From NCBI GenBank assembly GCA_964246665.1, contig CAXTRU010000001.1, forward strand, positions 1-38,491: a DNA stretch of 38,491 nt, given 5' to 3'. The stretch is from an uncultured Acidobacteriaceae bacterium. GTDB taxonomy: Bacteria > Acidobacteriota > Terriglobia > Terriglobales > Acidobacteriaceae. Position 1 is the first letter of the stretch. The number at the start of each line of letters is the position of its first letter. This document shows positions 34,581 through 38,491 of the stretch, piece by piece. Position numbers and translations under genes: made by a program. The notes under the pieces are model-generated. The model was not told the DNA's origin and ran no database searches. It saw only the letters and a program-made list of their open reading frames with translations.

Positions 34581-35831
34581 ATGCTCGTTGCGGAAATCCG
34601 TAACACCATCACGGCGCGTACCGAACAGCGCCAGCAGCTCCTGGACGCCGCCACCGCCATCCTGGCCGCCGCCACCATCTCCGCCGAACAGCGCCAAACC
34701 GTGGAATCCAACTTCGCCCAGGTTCGCCAGCTCGGCACCGACATCGGCTTCCTGCAGGAGTCCCTCACCGCCTGCGAACAGCGCCAGGCTGCTGAAGAGC
34801 GTGCCGAGGCCGAGCGCCGCGCCGCGGCAACGGCCGGCCGGCCCCCCCTCCCTCCCCCCGGCGCCGGCAACAACGCGGGCGCGCTGCGCTCGGCCGAAGA
34901 GCGCGAAACCGAGTACCGCTCCGCGATGCTGCACTACATGCGGACGGGCGACGCTTCCGAGCTCCGTACGCAGCAGTCCGCGGTGGGCGCGAATGGCGGT
35001 TACTCGATCCCGACCACGTTGCTCCCTGAAGTGGAGCGGGCGTTGCTCACCTACGGCGGTGTGGCCAGCTACCTGAATCAGTTCCCCACCAGCAACGGTG
35101 ACCCAATCAACCTGCCGGTAAGCGACAACACTTCGCTTGCGGCCACGGTGATCGGCGAGGCCGTCGCGCAAGGCGATACCACGCTGACCATGGCACTGAA
35201 GCAGTCCACGGTGAGCACGCTGGCGACCGGCATTGTCAAGCTGCCCTTCCAGCTGATGCAGGATGGTGTCTTCAACTGGGAAGAGTTTTCCCGGAACGAG
35301 CTTGGCGAGAGCTACGCCCGCGGCATCGCGAATTACATCATGGGCGTGAACACGGACGCGAGCTTCGATAACCTGATCACCAGCGTCAGCGCAGGTCCAA
35401 CCTCGCAGTCTGGTGTCGCGGTCGGTTTGACGGACATCACCAACGTCTTCGGTTCGGTGGATCCGGCGTACGCGTCGAACGGCAGCTGGGTGATGAACCG
35501 CACCTCGCAGCTGTACCTGGCCTCACTGCGCAACACTTTCGGCACGCCGATCTTCCCGCTGGATGCGACAGGGCAGCTTACCTCACTGTACGGCCGCCCG
35601 ATCGTGATCGACACGCTGATGCCGAATATCGCCGTCAATAACCGCGCGATCCTCTTCGGCAACCTGCAGAAGTACCGCCTCCGCAAGGTGCCGGGCTTTG
35701 AGATCGTTCGTCTGAACGAGCGCTTTGCCGAGCAGGGCTTGGTGGCCTTCCTGGGCTTCTTCCGCGCCGGCGGCCGTTACATCGACGCGGGCAAGCACCC
35801 GATCAAGGCGCTGGTGCAGGCAGCCAGCTAA
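34581..35831 (+). CDS. Major capsid protein, HK97 fold
   Basis: AAGGA RBS; N-terminal coiled-coil delta domain, GGYSIP, WVMN, LYGRPI, ILFGN, ERFAE. Confidence 0.95.
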   Translation: MLVAEIRNTITARTEQRQQLLDAATAILAAATISAEQRQTVESNFAQVRQLGTDIGFLQESLTACEQRQAAEERAEAERRAAATAGRPPLPPPGAGNNAGALRSAEERETEYRSAMLHYMRTGDASELRTQQSAVGANGGYSIPTTLLPEVERALLTYGGVASYLNQFPTSNGDPINLPVSDNTSLAATVIGEAVAQGDTTLTMALKQSTVSTLATGIVKLPFQLMQDGVFNWEEFSRNELGESYARGIANYIMGVNTDASFDNLITSVSAGPTSQSGVAVGLTDITNVFGSVDPAYASNGSWVMNRTSQLYLASLRNTFGTPIFPLDATGQLTSLYGRPIVIDTLMPNIAVNNRAILFGNLQKYRLRKVPGFEIVRLNERFAEQGLVAFLGFFRAGGRYIDAGKHPIKALVQAAS

Positions 35832-35939
35832 GCGAACAGGGGCGGGTGAGTGATCACCCGCCCATCGCGTTAAAGCTTTTTCCAAGCCTACGGATACTGG
35901 TGCCTCGGGCTCCGCTGTCCGCAGCACAAGGATTTTCGC

Positions 35940-36164
35940 ATGCAGATCCGCGTCACCGTCCCCGTGCTCGAGCTCGGGCCGTACCAGTTCAACCGCGGCC
36001 AGATCGCCATCCTGCCCGACGACGTCGCGCAGCAGTGCATTGACGAAGGAAAGGCCACAGCCGTGCCCCAAGCAGAACAAGCGGTTATGCCGCGCTATGA
36101 AACAGCCGTCGTTCCCCGCACCGCCGGCAAGCCCAAGCCCCCCGCCAAGCCGAAAGGCCGCTAG
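35940..36164 (+). CDS. Small head-associated hypothetical protein
   Basis: AAGGA RBS; GQI..LPDDVAQQCIDEGKA pattern common directly after capsid genes. Confidence 0.7.
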   Translation: MQIRVTVPVLELGPYQFNRGQIAILPDDVAQQCIDEGKATAVPQAEQAVMPRYETAVVPRTAGKPKPPAKPKGR

Positions 36165-36866
36165 ATGCTCACTTCCTGTATTCGGACCATCGATCCCACC
36201 GGTGAGCCGGTCACCGTCAGCCTGCAGAAGCAGCAGAGCCGCGTGGTGGTCCCTGACGATGACGCGCTGTTTGCGATCTACGTCCAAGCTGCCCGCGAGT
36301 ATGTGGAAGCGCAAACCAACCGCGCGCTGCTGCAGCAGACCTGGCGAGCCTCGTTCAGTCACTTCCCGCGCTGGACACAGGGCATGGCCCACGGGGGCTT
36401 CGTTGGCGGAATGTACGGCTATGGATACGGCAACGGCTACGGCAATCTTCTCGGCTGCGGTTTCACTGCGCCGTTAATCCTGCCGCGGCCGCGGCTGATC
36501 GGCATTGGCAGCCTCACCTACTACGACATCAACGGCGTGCAGCAAACGCTGGATCCGTCGCTGTACACCACCAACTTCGACGCTGAGCCCGCCACCCTGA
36601 GCCCGGTGTTTGGGACCTGGTGGCCAGTCGCACAGCCCAACCGCCCTGATGCTGTCCAGGTCACCTACACGGCCGGCTATGGCAACACGGCCGCGGCGGT
36701 ACCGGCGGACCTACAGCTCGCCATCCTGATGATCGCCGCGCACAGCTACGAGAACCGCGAGGCCAGTGTGCTGCCGACTACCGGCACGGGCCCGGTCCTG
36801 GTGCCGCTCGGCGTGGACTCGCTGCTGTCGCCGTATACCCTGCCGCTCTTTACCTACGAGGCCTGA
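36165..36866 (+). CDS. Head-tail connector (gp6-like)
   Basis: EPVTV, DDDAL...AAREYVE..TNRALLQQTW, VTYTAGYG, VPADLQLAIL...YENRE. Confidence 0.9.
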   Translation: MLTSCIRTIDPTGEPVTVSLQKQQSRVVVPDDDALFAIYVQAAREYVEAQTNRALLQQTWRASFSHFPRWTQGMAHGGFVGGMYGYGYGNGYGNLLGCGFTAPLILPRPRLIGIGSLTYYDINGVQQTLDPSLYTTNFDAEPATLSPVFGTWWPVAQPNRPDAVQVTYTAGYGNTAAAVPADLQLAILMIAAHSYENREASVLPTTGTGPVLVPLGVDSLLSPYTLPLFTYEA

Positions 36867-37201
36867 TGCGCGCCGCAGCCATACGTCAACGGATCACGAT
36901 CAACCAGCCTGGAACCACGGGGCAGGACAGCTTCGGCCAGCCGATCGATGGTGGCGCCGGCGATGCGGTGCTGTCTACCTGGGCGCAGATTGCGGCCGCG
37001 ACCTCGCGCGAGGTGTACGCGCTCGGCGCCGGCTTCGATGGCCAGGTGACCCACAAGGTCACTATCCGCTGGATCAGCACACCTTTGGTTGCTGGCATGA
37101 CGGTGCAGTACGGCATGCGGACCTTCCGCGTCCAGGCCGTAAGTGACCCCAACGAGATGCGCCGCGAGCTGGACCTGCTGTGCCTGGAGGAAAGCAAGTG
37201 A
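36866..37201 (+). CDS. Head closure / head-tail adaptor
   Basis: MRAAAIRQRITI...D.FGQP...WAQI...THKVTIRW...LDLLCLE. Confidence 0.88.
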   Translation: MRAAAIRQRITINQPGTTGQDSFGQPIDGGAGDAVLSTWAQIAAATSREVYALGAGFDGQVTHKVTIRWISTPLVAGMTVQYGMRTFRVQAVSDPNEMRRELDLLCLEESK

Positions 37202-37587
37202 TCGAGCAGGGCATCGAGCAACGGCTCATGGCCGACGCGGGAGTGTCTGCATTGGTGGGCAACCGTATCTATCCGGTGGTCCTACCCGAGAATTGCAGTT
37301 ACCCGGCGATCACCTATCAACTGATCACCTCGCACGAGACCTACACCAACGATGGTCCGCTCGGCGAAGTCCGCGCACGGATCCAGATCGACAGTTGGGG
37401 AAAGCGCTACGGCCAGGTCAAAGCGGTCGCGCAAGCTGTGCGCGTCGCGCTGAACGGTTTCACAGGCCAGCTTCCGGATGGCACGTATGTCTTCGAGATC
37501 GAGTGCGACGACGCCAGTGATGGCTTCGACGCGCCAGGTAGCCTCTATCGCAACCAGGGCGACTGGATGATCTATTACGGCAGTTAG
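37198..37587 (+). CDS. DUF3168-like tail terminator/completion protein
   Basis: LVGNRIYP..LP....YPAITYQ, RIQIDSWG. Confidence 0.85.
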   Translation: MIEQGIEQRLMADAGVSALVGNRIYPVVLPENCSYPAITYQLITSHETYTNDGPLGEVRARIQIDSWGKRYGQVKAVAQAVRVALNGFTGQLPDGTYVFEIECDDASDGFDAPGSLYRNQGDWMIYYGS

Positions 37588-37693
37588 CAGCAGACCGATA
37601 ACTTCCCGGTAACTCCGCCAAGAAGTCCACATAACTCAACCCGCTGCTCGACGCAGCGGCTTACCCCCGCTGCGCTCAAAAGGAGCACACCAT

Positions 37694-38140
37694 ATGCCCG
37701 CTTCCACATTCATCATGGGCCGTGGGTCGAGTCTTTCCATCTCGACCGATGGCACCGCTTTTACCGCAGTTAAGCAGCTCCAGCAGGTCAGCTATTCCGG
37801 CGGCAAGCTGAACTTCGATGACATCACCAATCTGGACAGCCCAAGCAGCTTCATGGAGGTCGCGCCGACCACCAACGATCCGGGGCAATGCCAGCTCACG
37901 GGCGTGTTTTCCGATTCGGATCAGGGGCAGACGATGTTCAATGCCGCCTACACGAACGCGACCCTGCTGACGGTCAAGATGCAGATGGCGCCCCGCACAG
38001 GCCAGACCAAAGGCTTCCTTCGCCAGTTCACCGCCTATGTCGGTGAGCCGATCAACTTCAGCTACGGAACCACCAAGGCGATGACGTTCAGCGCCTCGCT
38101 TAAGGTTACCGGTCCCTTCACCGACACCCCGGGGAGCTAA
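37694..38140 (+). CDS. Major tail tube protein
   Basis: AAGGAG RBS; DITNLDS...E...DPG, FTAYV, FSASLKVTG. Confidence 0.85.
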   Translation: MPASTFIMGRGSSLSISTDGTAFTAVKQLQQVSYSGGKLNFDDITNLDSPSSFMEVAPTTNDPGQCQLTGVFSDSDQGQTMFNAAYTNATLLTVKMQMAPRTGQTKGFLRQFTAYVGEPINFSYGTTKAMTFSASLKVTGPFTDTPGS

Positions 38141-38148
38141 TTTAACCC

Positions 38149-38491
38149 ATGCGGACACGCAAGCCTAAGAGCGTAGCCGGTAAGCCCGGTGCCGATCCCA
38201 CGCTGCCTGATGTAACGATCGTTCTCGGCGGCAAAGAGCGCAAGCTCTGTTTCGACTTCAACGCGATCGTGCTGGCCTCGCAAGAGACCGGCATCAACCT
38301 GCTGAAGTCCATTGTCCGTGAGATCGAGCCGGCTTCGCTGCGCGGCCTGCTGTGGGCTTCGTTGCTCCGCGATGAGCCCACGCTCACGCTCGAGCAGGTG
38401 GGTGGGATGATCCGGCCGGGCAGCGTTCCCGGGATCCGCGAATCGCTGCTGCGCGTCTGGTTTGAATCGGCGGGGGAGGCCGAGGGCAGGC
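38149..38491 (+). CDS. Probable tail assembly chaperone (3'-truncated by window edge)
   Basis: Open frame MRTRKPKS...VTIVLGGKERKLCFDFNAI...GINLL...LRGLLWASL directly after the tail tube gene. Confidence 0.7.
   Translation, partial: MRTRKPKSVAGKPGADPTLPDVTIVLGGKERKLCFDFNAIVLASQETGINLLKSIVREIEPASLRGLLWASLLRDEPTLTLEQVGGMIRPGSVPGIRESLLRVWFESAGEAEGR

Larger units (their letters stand above)
10578..38491. mobile_element. Temperate HK97-like siphovirus prophage integrated at tRNA-Cys (right end outside window)
   Basis: tRNA fragment, integrase, immunity region, replication, packaging, head and tail genes in phage order. Confidence 0.95.

Noticed and set aside
38149-38491. Programmed frameshift in the tail assembly chaperone
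   Set aside because: Gene is cut by the window edge; no slippery site can be assigned

Overview
GC-rich bacterial window in two parts. The host looks like an Acidobacteriota (Terriglobia) member, but that is inferred from gene content and motifs only. Positions 1-10.5 kb are host chromosome: a 5'-truncated TlpA-like thioredoxin, a minus-strand MoxR cluster (membrane protein, DUF4129, DUF4350, MoxR, DUF58) split by an opposite-strand two-gene DUF2243 cassette, htpG, and an acyltransferase_3 gene. From ~10.58 kb to the end is the left part of a temperate HK97-like siphovirus prophage integrated in a tRNA-Cys(GCA) gene, whose displaced 3' half marks the att junction. In order it carries a tyrosine integrase, Xis-like, Cro-like and CI-like genes, an HTH replication initiator with iterons, a ParB-like protein and a HerA/FtsK-type ATPase, a LuxR-type regulator, holin-like genes, HNH, a large SGNH-hydrolase protein, TerS, TerL, portal, an intact tRNA-Asn, prohead protease, capsid, head-tail genes, tail tube and a partial tail chaperone. 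The main oddities are: a CI that appears to have lost both its Ala-Gly cleavage site and catalytic Lys; a ParB plus HerA-like pair with no ParA or DnaB/DnaC; a second prohead-protease-like gene where an endolysin would be expected; a cos-like sequence ~4.3 kb upstream of terS; a probably secreted SGNH esterase between HNH and terS; and a tRNA 4 nt after the portal stop. All family calls come from motif recognition by eye; no searches were run.
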